64,000 nt of DNA from Antedon mediterranea (lineage: Eukaryota; Animalia; Echinodermata). The stretch spans positions 4,836,001 through 4,900,000 of the forward strand of contig NC_092671.1 in assembly GCF_964355755.1 (NCBI RefSeq). Direction: 5' to 3'. The position numbers and the translations under genes were made by a program. The notes under the pieces are model-generated. The model had not been told where the DNA came from and did not search any database. It saw nothing but the letters and a program-made list of their open reading frames with translations. Within the stretch, counting starts at the first letter, position 1, and each line of letters begins with the position of its first letter. Shown piece by piece: positions 51,315-63,825 of the stretch.

Positions 51315-52150
51315 ACAACAACATTTATTCAATATTCAATATTTTACAAAGTTTATGGGTTAAGATACACAGAAGCCAAAGTGGCTTGTCTTTGTACTCC
51401 TAAGCATAAACATAAAACATATTATACGGACGCATTACATTAACAAAAAATGAAATTTTGAGACAGAAAAAGGGGAAAAAAAAAACAAAAAAAAAAAAAC
51501 ACAAACACAACAAAGTGATATTAAGCTAAATGTTTACAACCCCAATTTTGCAGTAGCAATAGTAGCTAGCAATATGTTTCAAATATCATCTTTTTAATAT
51601 TGTACTTTAGCATAGGGAGTGAGGTCATGTGATTTTGTTCTAGGGTAGACTGGAGTTTATTCCAGTAAGTTGGTCCTTCAATAAAAATTGATCTTTTATT
51701 AATTTCTAATCTACTGTGTGGAATATATATCTTATTTGCGTTTCTTAATGTCTTTAAGCGATCAGTTTTAGGGTTTAAATCAATCAAGTTGTTTATAGGG
51801 ATGGGAAGTTCCTGGAGATGATATTTGAACATAAAGCATGCAATTTGAATTTTATTTATATCGTATATATTTAACATTTTTAAACTTTGTAATAGTGGTT
51901 TGGAGGCTGTTCTCATCGGTGAGTTTGTAATCATTCTAGCTATACGTTTTTGTAATTTATGTATTTTTTCTAAGTTTGTTGGATATTCATTTCCCCATAT
52001 TATATTGCAGTAATAGAGGTGTGGTAAGCTAAACGCATTGTACACATTTAAAAGAATATGTTTAGGAAAGACGTGTTTTACCTTGTAGATGATACCAATG
52101 GATTTAGCGATTTTATTTGAGATGCAGTTTATATGGGGTTTCCAGCATAA
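51315..52150 (-). mobile_element. 5'-truncated non-LTR retrotransposon (CR1/L2-group, Crack/Daphne-like): RT C-terminus and 3' UTR
   Basis: ORF 51566-52327 contains WKPHI..ISNKIAKSIGII...YNAF..PHLYYCNIIWG...LQKRIARMI...SKPLL..LKMLNIYDI...GPTYWNKL, the typical post-RT region. The 3' UTR ends AATAAA plus TGTTGTTGT. Confidence 0.9.
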
Positions 52151-53052
52151 AAGATTCAAAGTTGCATAGAAAATGGATAGAACTTTTGTATATATAATCT
52201 CATGTATACTTTTACGTGTGTTAACTAGTATCAGTATAGCCATAATAATGTTGTTTTGTAAACTATAGTAATCAATAATATAATAATGTCTACAGTCTAC
52301 ATCCAATAAATCCCAAAACATAATCAAGAGGCACTATTTGTCAACAAATAATTATTAGTCCTCTCTCCGTGATGGTTGTCACATAATGCTTTGTATTATT
52401 TTTTATTGTATTTATATGTTTCATACGGACAGTTTGTCTGAAATAAAGTTGAATTGAATTGAAAAGCACTTGGTAACTAAATAATGTTACAGTAAATTAT
52501 GAAACAGTGTACCACATCACGGTACATTGAATACACGAGTAATATACTTACCATACTAAGACCACAATCAAGTGTTGTAATCGCTGGAAAAGTGTATCGT
52601 TTTTCGATTTAATTAATGTTGAAGGGCTCTTTGTTACTTAAACCATTCATGATTCTATATTGATTGAACAGTACGTCGGGATATGCATTTGAAGTCGGTT
52701 CATTTGCGTCCCATAGTGATCACCATCTTTAGCTTAAAATCACGTTTTAACCCGGATATTGCTTCTTAGTTACATTATTTATAATTAGATGGTAATCTCT
52801 TTCCTATTAATTTCCATAATCAATCTCTAGACCATTGGCAATGTATGCAGCTACTATTTTTGTACGACAATGACAAAGGCGAATTCGGTGTATTTTTCGT
52901 TGTAATTAACATGATAAAACACGTCTATTGTCTAGAGAATGTAGTGTGACGTAATGCAGTATATAAATAATATTTAAGGTACTAATTAAGATAGCATGTA
53001 CTCTAATCGTTTGATATTCTCTTATCCACACACTCGCCCCCTACAAGTCTCA

Positions 53053-53214
53053 ATCCGATTTTCCACTAGGCGAATTTGTTCGCGCGAATCGAAAGCGCCA
53101 GCTTGTACGCATGCGTATTCATGTTTACATCTTCCAAATCCTTCTCTACGTATGCGTACTATTAGCCGACGCCTTCGATTCGCGCGAACAAATTCGCCTA
53201 GTGGAAAATCGGCT
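53053..53214. mobile_element. MITE family C (Harbinger-like) with about 39-bp perfect TIRs
   Basis: CCGATTTTCCACTAGGCGAATTTGTTCGCGCGAATCGAA and its exact reverse complement; right flank TTA. Confidence 0.85.
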
Positions 53215-53540
53215 TTAGATTATAATAGCTGATAGTAAACTACAGGAATCACAAAACGTTATTAAATAGAGTACATCTAGTTTGCGTCTATCAGGCCATT
53301 GTTTACTTAGTTTTTGACAATTTCCCGCGAGACTCAATAACATTGATTTATTGCTGCTTTCATTTTAACCGAATGTTGATAAATGATGCGCAAATAAGCA
53401 AATGTCAATTACACATATGGTGACAACAGGTACGACGACGACTCAGAAAATCAAGCGATTTCGTAGTAAAAGTCGACGGCGACGATCTCAATCATTGCCA
53501 CGTCGTACCGTGACATCCAGACATTTTTTCTCATATCGCG

Positions 53541-53974
53541 ACAACAGTGTGTCATCCGCATTTCATTCACATCACGAAAAATGTCGAAATGCATTGATAA
53601 TACGAAACTTATCGTCGATGTAGTTCATTAAAATCGATGTTACGTAATTTTCGTCAATGCATTTCATTCAAATTGACGTTACGTAATGTGTCGTGATGTC
53701 ATGCACACATTCGCGACAAGTTTCGTCAATGCATTTTGATTCTCATCGCGACAGATTTCGTATTTTCAATTTTATTCACATCTCGACAAGTTTCGTATTT
53801 TCAATGTATTTCATAAACATCGCGACAACATTGTAACGTCAATTTGAATGAAATGCATTGACGAAAATTACGTAACATCGATTTTAATGAACTACATCGA
53901 CGATAAGTTTCGTATTATCAATGCATTTCGACATTTTTCGTGATGTGAATGAAATGCGGATGACACACTGTTGT
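53541..53974. repeat. 142-bp inverted repeat with 150-bp spacer
   Basis: 53541-53682 is the reverse complement of 53833-53974, with no mismatch seen by eye. Confidence 0.95.
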
Positions 53975-54464
53975 TTAGGCCCATCATCGCATCACGTCAT
54001 AAAATTAGGCATTCTTTCATAATACGATGCGAATCAAATGCTTCAATGATAAAAATTCATCATATTTTCAACAAAATAAAAGAAAACAAATAATCTTTGA
54101 CATGTTGGATATGAGTGCCACATAGTTGAATTACCCATAGTTGACGAGAGTTGCCAACTTCTATATATCCTCCTATTAATTGTTTTTATTTCTGCACATG
54201 TCATACGGTCATCCAGTTTGCTTTTTGTAAATGCATCTAACATCAACATATGGAACATTAAAACTTTACCTCGAATGGCCGTAGGTTGAATTACGTTATA
54301 CGAGCTAGTACATTATATTATACTATATCAACTTAGTGTGTAAAAGGTTAACTAATAAAACACTGTGCTCTACATTTAAAATATGTGACTCCTGCATTAC
54401 GTCTTTCTGAAAATGAAATAATTTCCAGTATGAAATTGTGTTTATATGAACTGTACAAAACTCA

Positions 54465-54782
54465 ATATCATATCATCACACGATTCAGACCATAAAAACC
54501 ATGCCTATCATACCACACTATACCATTATTATGATATCCTATCATACCAAGCCACACATTCACAGTCATGACACCACACCATACCAAAACGATCCATGGC
54601 ACCCCATATCATATCATTACAACAAACATGCAACATCATACATATACCATGTTATACCACAAACACTGTGCACCATCCATTCCACACACCACAAACCATA
54701 CAAGTGTATACCATAATCACCATCCATACCATACCACATAATATACCACACGGCACCATCATACCATTACCAATACCATCAT
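54465..54782. repeat. Degenerate (CCATA)n-like simple repeat
   Basis: Runs of ccata/ccaca/tcata units. Confidence 0.8.
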
Positions 54783-54867
54783 TGGTACTAACGTCACCAA
54801 GCCCGGATTTGGTCCAATGGCTAAAGAGTACCCCATCGATCCAGATGTCGTCCGTACGGGGGAAAAA

Positions 54868-55020
54868 GCTCTGTCTACACTATCAAACTTTATGTAACAA
54901 TAACAGTATGTGTCCATATATGGACATGGGTGATGTTATATCACTCCATATTTGGGCATATCACTACCATATTTGGTCACATCACACTTTTTTGTCAAAC
55001 TAGTTTGATAGTGTAAACGA
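54868..55020. mobile_element. MITE family A copy
   Basis: AGCTCTGTCTACACTATCAAACTTTATG ... GTCAAACTAGTTTGATAGTGTA. Confidence 0.88.
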
Positions 55021-56157
55021 ACTCATGGAATAGCCGTGAACGGGGGTTTAACTGTACTTATACTTTTCTTATTTATCTATGCAATTCGTTCGTTAACAAT
55101 TTAACATTAGGATACTAGTTTATAAGTGAAAATACAGCGTCATCGTAAATCCAGTAATCCATTTCCTTGTCACCAACCTTCTAACAGTTTTCGTAAATAT
55201 ATCATATTAATTTTTTGTCAAGCAAACTAAATGTTTGGAATAATAAGTTAAGATTTTATAGCTCGATGTTTTAGAGGTCAAGATAGTTTAGTCTTAATTT
55301 TCTAAGTGCTGTCCTTTCTCTCCATAATCTCGTATCGTTATTAGTGATTAGTTTTGTAAGCACACAAACTCTTTATGGTTATGCGCGCAAAGGTACGCGG
55401 ACGGACTCTAGTACGCATGAGTGACGAATGACGTCACAAAATGAATATGTTTACCTACTAAGGCTATAATTTAAAACAGTTTGTATATTCTTTAATATAA
55501 TTTACAGTCTGCAAAATGACCCATAACCTTACTATGCCAGTAAAAACGTTTATAGTTTACGTAGAATGACCTATGTCAGTTGACATTAAATAATGTTAAA
55601 TTGACCTCTGACACTGCGATGGAGTTGTTGACTAATGTTTCATCCATAAACATTCGTTTACATTTTGTTTTCGATTCTGTGGCCTATGCGTGTAGGACTT
55701 CTACTGTACACCATCGTTAGCATTTTAGTCCACGACGCAATTTATTCATATATATATATGTATTCAAATAAAATCAGCCATAGCTTATAATTTAAAATTT
55801 CAAAAAGTTCAATTCAGCCGAATTATTTAATTTCAAAACGAAGTCAAATAAGTAATTAAAACGTATAAAATCCACTATGAATAATTAATTATATTAATTA
55901 TACTATCTATCTAATTATAACCGAATTAAAAGACGTTTACTATACAATTTACAAAGAGAAATGTTGGAATAATATCATTATTATTAATATTATTCTTTAA
56001 GAAAGCAAATTTTTAAATATTTGTAATTAATTAATTAATTAAACAAAAGCTACATATATTTTCAGTGCTTAAATAATTAAATTCTTAATAATTCAGTAAT
56101 GGTCATCTGATGGCAATTCAATTATGTGAACGTATAGTGTTTATATCAGAAAATATC

Positions 56158-56585
56158 GTTATTATTATCATCATCATCATTATCATCATCACCATTATTA
56201 TCATCATTATCATTATCACCATCACCATCATCATTATCATCATCACTATTATCATTATCATCACCATCACCATCATCATTATCATCATCATCATCTTCAT
56301 CATCATCATCATCATCACCATTATCATGATCATCATCATGATCATCTTCATCATCATCACCATCATCATTATCATCTTCATCATCATCACCATTATCATT
56401 ACTATCACCATCATTATCACCATCATCATCACCATTATCATCATCATCACCATCATCATCACCATTATCCCCATCATCATAATCATCATCACTAACATCA
56501 TCACTACCATCATCACCATCATTATTATCACCACCATCATTATTATCATCATTATTATCAACATCATCACAATCATCATCACCAA
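56158..56585. repeat. Long imperfect (ATC/ATT/ACC)n microsatellite
   Basis: Direct reading; source of the poly-Ile, poly-Met and poly-Asp ORFs. Confidence 0.97.
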
Positions 56586-56604
56586 TTGATGTAATTGCGA
56601 TATA

Positions 56605-59600
56605 TGGAAAGCCAAACCCGCCAAAAATACATAATACATACCATCCACCAATAATTAATTCGTACAAAATTCAAACCATCCAATATTATCTCATGCAGTT
56701 CAATGAAAACTTAAACCATTAACCTAGTATCTACACCATCCAATACAATGTGTGACCATCTACCACTAGCCCAAACGACAATACGCCGAACAAACTACCC
56801 ATAACACAAACCATCTAAAGAATGTTGAGCCCAGGCAGCAATAATTGAATTAATCTAACGTTAATACAAGTATATATTAGCCAACTCATTTATCAACATT
56901 TCATGTAGTTCATGAACATTTCAAACAAAGCATCTTAATTTTAGTTCATCGAATTATAATTCTAATTCATTGCCTGTTTTATACACCGTTTGTCTGTTCA
57001 ACAGTTGAAACAACTGTTTTGCACACGATACGCCCGTTCGTGAGTTCAAACCATGATATTTGAAGCATCGACTTTCCAAACAGCGATTTTTCGCACCGAA
57101 CGTATTTTCTTGAGTTAAAGTGGTTGCATTTCAATCACTTGCTTTTGATTGGCCAGTATTACACACCGTTCGCTTGTTCGTGATTTCAAACCATGATATT
57201 TGAAGCATCGACTTTCCAAATGGCGATTTTTCGCACCGAACGTATTTTCTTGAGTTAAAGTGGTTGCATTTCAATCACCTACTTTCGATTGGCCAGTATT
57301 ACACACCGTTCGCTTGTTCGTGATTTCATGTGATAACATTTCATTCGACAATTTTTCAAACGTTAGTTTTTGACTCCGCTTACGTATATGTCAGTTGATA
57401 TACTATTTTTTAATTTTCATACTTTCCATAGTCAGTTTTGTACATCATTCGCATTTACGCATGTAAAGTGTAGATATTCCACTCGACAAGTTTTAAAACG
57501 GTAGTTTTTTTTTTATTGTTTAATTGTAACTGTTGGCGCCGATTTTATATTGGGGGGGGGGGAGGTGTTCGGTACTGAATTTGAACAGTACACATTTTTA
57601 AATATGGTACCTCTACACGTTGGGTTATTTAATGCATGATGAATAACAAAATAATTATGATTTAATAACAATACACATGTTTTTATTTAATCCATGATAA
57701 ATATTCGTAAAATATGTTTATTCGGATATTTATTAATTACGTCTCCACTATAGTCTATAAAACATAATGAATGTCATTATTTCAAAAAAATAGGCCTACC
57801 CCGTAAACAAATGGAAGCTTCTCAACAACAGTTAATTTATGCATCATAGAGATATGGAAAGCCAAACCCGCCAAAAATACATAATACATACCATCCACCA
57901 ATAATTAATTCGTACAAAATTCAAACCATCCAATATTATCTCATGCAGTTCAATGAAAACTTAAACCATTCACCTAGTATCTACACCATCCAATACAATG
58001 TGTGACCATCTACCACTAGCCCAAACGACAATACGCCGAACAAACTACCCATAACACAAACCATCTAAAGAATGTTGAGCCCAGGCAGCAATAATTGAAT
58101 TAATCTAACGTTAATACAAGTATATATTAGCCAACTCATTTATCAACATTTCATGTAGTTCATGAACATTTCAAACAAAGCATCTTAATTTTAGTTCATC
58201 GAATTATAATTCTAATTCATTGCCTGTTTTATACACCGTTCGTCTGTTCAACAGTTGAAACAACTGTTTTGCACACGATACGCCCGTTCGTGAGTTCAAA
58301 CCATGATATTTGAAGCATCGACTTTCCAAACAGCGATTTTTCGCACCGAACGTATTTTCTTGAGTTAAAGTGGTTGCATTTCAATCACTTGCTTTTGATT
58401 GGCCAGTATTACACACCGTTCGCTTGTTCGTGATTTCAAACCATGATATTTGAAGCATCGACTTTCCAAATGGCGATTTTTCGCACCGAACGTATTTTCT
58501 TGAGTTAAAGTGGTTGCATTTCAATCACCTACTTTCGATTGGCCAGTATTACACACCGTTCGCTTGTTCGTGATTTCATGTGATAACATTTCATTCGACA
58601 ATTTTTCAAACGTTAGTTTTTGACTCTGCTTACGTATATGTCAGTTGATATACTATTTTTTAATTTTCATACTTTCCATAGTCAGTTTTGTACATCATTC
58701 GCATTTACGCATGTAAAGTGTAGATATTCCACTCGACAAGTTTTAAACGGTAGTTTTTCGCACATTTATTGTTTTATTGTTAAATTGTAACTGTTGGCGC
58801 CGATTTAATATTGAGGGGCGGGGGATGAATGTCAACTTTACGACTGTATGACACTTACTTAGGCCTAGGCCTACGTTACACACACAGGGAGATGTAAACT
58901 AATTTATAAATTTATTTTACATCTCCCTGGTTACACACATTATCACAAACTTAAATAATGAAAAAAAAAACAGAATGAAATAATATAATTTAGCTTGTGG
59001 GCCTGTTACAATTTTACGCCCCACAACTAGGCCCGGGGTAACACCCACCTCGCCCGCCTGAGGGGGAGAGACAGAGGAGAGAGAGAGCTGGTGTCGTGCT
59101 TCTCTCTCCCCCTACGCGGCGGGCGTGTGCGGCGGCTGCTAGATGAGGCCGGTCTAGAGCCATTTTCTGCTATGTGCTCTCTATGATGCATAAATTAACT
59201 GTTGTTGAGAAGCTTCCATTTGTTTACGGGGTAGGCCTATTTTTTTGAAATAATGACATTCATTATGTTTTATAGACTATAGTGGAGACGTAATTAATAA
59301 ATATCCGAATAAACATATTTTACGAATATTTATCATGGATTAAATAAAAACATGTGTATTGTTATTAAATCATAATTATTTTGTTATTCATCATGCATTA
59401 AATAACCCAACGTGTAGAGGTACCATATTTAAAAATGTGTACTGTTCAAATTCAGTACCGAACACCTCCCCCCCCCCCCCAATATAAAATCGGCGCCAAC
59501 AGTTACAATTAAACAATAAAAAAAAAACTACCGTTTTAAAACTTGTCGAGTGGAATATCTACACTTTACATGCGTAAATGCGAATGATGTACAAAACTGA

Positions 59601-60427
59601 CTATGGAAAGTATGAAAATTAAAAAATAGTATATCAACTGACATATACGTAAGCGGAGTCAAAAACTAACGTTTGAAAAATTGTCGAATGAAATGTTATC
59701 ACATGAAATCACGAACAAGCGAACGGTGTGTAATACTGGCCAATCGAAAGTAGGTGATTGAAATGCAACCACTTTAACTCAAGAAAATACGTTCGGTGCG
59801 AAAAATCGCCATTTGGAAAGTCGATGCTTCAAATATCATGGTTTGAAATCACGAACAAGCGAACGGTGTGTAATACTGGCCAATCAAAAGCAAGTGATTG
59901 AAATGCAACCACTTTAACTCAAGAAAATACGTTCGGTGCGAAAAATCGCTGTTTGGAAAGTCGATGCTTCAAATATCATGGTTTGAACTCACGAACGGGC
60001 GTATCGTGTGCAAAACAGTTGTTTCAACTGTTGAACAGACGAACGGTGTATAAAACAGGCAATGAATTAGAATTATAATTCGATGAACTAAAATTAAGAT
60101 GCTTTGTTTGAAATGTTCATGAACTACATGAAATGTTGATAAATGAGTTGGCTAATATATACTTGTATTAACGTTAGATTAATTCAATTATTGCTGCCTG
60201 GGCTCAACATTCTTTAGATGGTTTGTGTTATGGGTAGTTTGTTCGGCGTATTGTCGTTTGGGCTAGTGGTAGATGGTCACACATTGTATTGGATGGTGTA
60301 GATACTAGGTTAATGGTTTAAGTTTTCATTGAACTGCATGAGATAATATTGGATGGTTTGAATTTTGTACGAATTAATTATTGGTGGATGGTATGTATTA
60401 TGTATTTTTGGCGGGTTTGGCTTTCCA
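56605..60427. mobile_element. Foldback-type non-autonomous element with ~970-bp TIRs (57855-60427) plus an adjacent inverted copy of its right 1.25 kb (56605-57852)
   Basis: Three near-identical arms begin TA|TGGAAAGCCAAACCCGCC. 56603-57852 is the reverse complement of 59178-60429, and 57853-58820 is a direct copy of the first ~970 bp. Each arm has a 140-bp tandem repeat, and the ORF track shows no ORF here. Confidence 0.88.
58885..58929. mobile_element. 45-bp hAT-type mini-MITE nested in the foldback core
   Basis: CAGGGAGATGTAAA / TTTACATCTCCCTG flanked on both sides by GTTACACACA. Confidence 0.8.
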
Positions 60428-60817
60428 TAACGTTGCAACGGTAAAATACACTCTCAGTGTATTATTTTAATACACAGCGCCCTCAAGAATAACAAAAGTT
60501 TTTAAACGTCGCGTTCAAATCATAGAACTCCACATCTTCTGATAATACCATTTTACTATATATCGCCCTCATTTTCATCATTACGCGGTTTTACAATTTG
60601 CCTGCGTGTATATATTATGACTTTAAATCCGTTCATCTTTCTGATTGTAAACCAGATCCATAAGTCTATGGGAAGAAGAGGGCATATTTTGTTTGTTGAC
60701 CTATTTCTTCAGCTTTGATTTTTATGGGAGTACCACCCGTGTCTGTTACGTATCCTATGAACACTGTCGCAGCTAATTACCCGCGTAGGTTCTATTATTA
60801 GCTGCTCTTACTACAGG

Positions 60818-60848
60818 ATGGAAGACGAGACCGCAGATCGTGCTCCGG
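60818..60848 (+). CDS. Candidate alternative first coding exon (MEDETADRAP), or a 32-nt internal exon
   Basis: aggATGG Kozak context; ends CCGG|GTAGGT in phase 1. An acceptor-like CTCTTACTACAG lies just upstream. Confidence 0.45.
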
Positions 60849-61039
60849 GTAGGTTTTATTTTTTTCTCTACCCACCTTATCTGTCGTGCATTCTTTCATT
60901 CGACACTATTTTATTCTTGAATTGAATGCATTGGGAGCGTACGGTTGACAATTTTGCTTACACGTGTTTGTTTTATGTACGTATACGTAAGCGCATATAC
61001 ATAAGTACAAGTACATAATTTGAAAAAGTTGTGTGCTTA

Positions 61040-61220
61040 AGCGTGGTTCCCACTAGCGACGCAACACAAGGACGTAACGCAACGCAAGTGAATTGACCAA
61101 TCACAAGCGATGGCTTATTCGCTTGTGATTGCTAACTGTATATATAACTTCGCTTGTCATTGGTTAAAACGCTTGCGTTGCGTTTACGTCCCTGCGTTAC
61201 GTTCTAGTGGGAACCAAGCT
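61040..61220. mobile_element. MITE family B, complete copy (opposite orientation to the 39300 pair)
   Basis: TTA|AGCGTGGTTCCCACTAG...CTAGTGGGAACCAAGCT|TTA. Confidence 0.92.
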
Positions 61221-61748
61221 TTATGTGGTGGGGGTGATTGCATCCGTAAATGTGTAGTCACCCTAAAGTGCACGTACCATTATCCACTCCCATGAACAAG
61301 TATGCATCGTTTTTCGGCGAACATAGATTTATAATGTTTATTACGTCAGTAATATATCATTGATCAAGCTAACGTTGTTGACACTAAAGCACGTATGTAC
61401 AGTAATGTACTATGAGAAACATACTGTGTGTATAGCAAGTAATATACACTACATTATGTCTCGTGTTTAGATATCCTATCTTATGAGCATTTCTCACGTG
61501 TGTGTACCCTCTGAGGAGGAGTTTAATTTAAAGCGCCGGTCTAAACGAAATGCGAACCATGTGAAATTGTGATTAAGCTGCGCTCAACGCGTACTCGTAG
61601 AAACTGCACTATTTATGTACATTATTCATAATGTACAGAATTCATCTTATAGGCCTATATAATAATATAATAGTAATTGTATTATGGTTGGGTTTTTTCC
61701 GTGTTAGGGAGAATGAAGTGCATGCAACTTTGGTTATTACAACACAAT

Positions 61749-61906
61749 GCTTGGTTCCCACTAGAGACACACAATGACGCGTAGCGCAACGTAAGTGATT
61801 TGACCAATCACAAGCAATAGAGTATTAGAGTATAGTCGCTTGTCATTGGTTAACTTGTTTGCGTTGCGTCTACGTCCTTGCGTTGCGTCTCTAGTGGAAA
61901 CTAAGC
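61749..61906. mobile_element. MITE family B, diverged copy
   Basis: GCTTGGTTCCCACTAG...CTAGTGGAAACTAAGCT|TTA. Confidence 0.85.
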
Positions 61907-63764
61907 TTTAGAATTAACGTTCACATTAACACGTCTAATGTAAACAATACAATGAAAAATTATGTAGGAACACACATTATGAGGTCGGATGATAGTATTG
62001 TGTATGGAAATAGGTTGTATGAGACAATAAATAAAGATATTTAAAAACGCTAATGATTAAATGGCGTCTGTAAAGCAATTAATATTCAAACAGAAATAGG
62101 GCAGTTAAAGAAACGAGTGAACGCCGTGCATTATAACATATTTTAAATATTTATTAAGAACTGGACTTAACTTTGGACTCTAACAACTTAATTAAATTAG
62201 CAATTGTCGTTATTTTGCTGCTAGGTAAATATGGTTACCAAATGCTGTTAAAGTTCAGACATGCAGTGCAGTCTGGTATGAACAAGCGCGTGTGTACTGG
62301 TGCACGTCCGATTTTTTAGGCCTCGTGTTTGAATTAGGACTTGGTTATTTACCCAGGTAATTCGTTTCATATGATATATACAGATATCGCAAATCTGTTT
62401 GGAAGGAACTAACTAAATAAATAATAAGTCTGAACAGGCCCATGGAAAAGTACACGTGTAGTAGATTGGTCGGTCTAAACGAGTGTTAAAACGCGTACGC
62501 GCGTGCATAAGGTTTACGTAAAGCCATTGCCCTCCCCTTATTGTTTGTTGGCCTACAAGTTTCAGTTGGTAAATACTAGTCACGTGTTTACACCGACAGT
62601 TAGCGACTGATCTATACGTCGACTCAGCCATATTTTTCGAGCGTCTGGAGTCTAGTCCAACTATTACACACGGCGTGTTATTACACACGGCGTGTTTCAC
62701 CAACGCGTACAATGTTTCGAGTAGGCTGTCTTCCCTATCATAACATGGGACAAGGGCTACAGAATTCAAATGTCATTATATCCACTTGATTCGCATAAAA
62801 AAAACCATGTGAGACTAGAATGATAGATTTGCATCCAGTTTACGTGCCTGATAGACACTCTTAATCTGTCATTGCTAAATGATTGAATGTAATAAAAAGT
62901 TGTCTTGTGGGGACTCGAGGCACGATTCATTTATATTTCAACACAGCGCGCAACGGTATTCAAACAAGAGACACGTACCTATGTTACTCATTGATCCTCA
63001 ACTGCACTGACGTCATCAATATTAAGTTAATAAATTAATCAAAAAGTATTTTTGTAAATTTTCACTTATCTTAAATCAATTTTAGAACCATAAGAAGTAA
63101 GAGTTTCTAAAAATAAACATCTTCGGCAAAAAAAAATAGTAATCTGAAAATGAGATTGAAAGTTTATTGCAAAATCAATATTGAGGAATGATCTACCGAG
63201 TGTAAATCAATGTTAAATTAATGGACGACGCATCCGTGAATTGTGTTAACGATTTTTGAAGGCTTTTTCTTTGAGGATAGTTGCGTGTTAAGCCTGTTTT
63301 CCTGTCGACGTAACGTTACGGCGAGTTGAGTTGCGTTGAATTTTCAAATCGAAGAAACCAGACATTGCGAGGATGAGGATGTTCCAATATGACTGTTATT
63401 GTAGTTGAACTGAATGTTCTCTGCAGCGATTGTTTTTTTCGTACTCCTTAAGGCAAGATCCTAAATATAACTTAACCTAACGCTATCTCTCTCTCACTAT
63501 AAAGCTGCCCATGGGATTCGAATCACATACATCAACATGCAAACCATTCGACTACAGCGTTAGAATTAGTCAATTCTTACGTCATACCTCATGCTTATTT
63601 TGTCTTTAACAATTTTTTAACATTTTGTCGTGATATAATCAAATTTTTTATTTACCTTAACACACATAATTTATATATTCTGAATGTTAAATATTCTGAA
63701 GATATTATAAATATTATTATCATGTATAAATGGCGAAGATGAGAAAGTCTGTGAGAATGAACCA

Positions 63765-63825
63765 CAACCGAGATTCGAACCCGATATTTTCTGCTTGATA
63801 TTCAGATATCCTATACCACTGGGGC
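63765..63825 (-). pseudogene. Degenerate tRNA-like sequence (SINE head or pseudo-tRNA)
   Basis: The minus strand reads GCCCCAGTGGTATAGG...GGGTTCGAATCTCGG. A weaker one lies at about 63503-63560. Confidence 0.45.

Noticed and set aside
52150-52327. N-terminal part of the 253-aa ORF
   Set aside because: LINE similarity starts only near WKPHI. The upstream codons are flanking DNA that is open by chance.
56110-56667. Poly-Ile, poly-Met and poly-Asp/Asn ORFs (also 37015-37359)
   Set aside because: Artefacts of (ATC)n microsatellites, with no splice or codon support for a real acidic protein.
62413-62769. 118-aa minus-strand ORF
   Set aside because: It has a TTG start and no recognisable domain. 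A CpG-rich regulatory patch with fewer stops explains it better.
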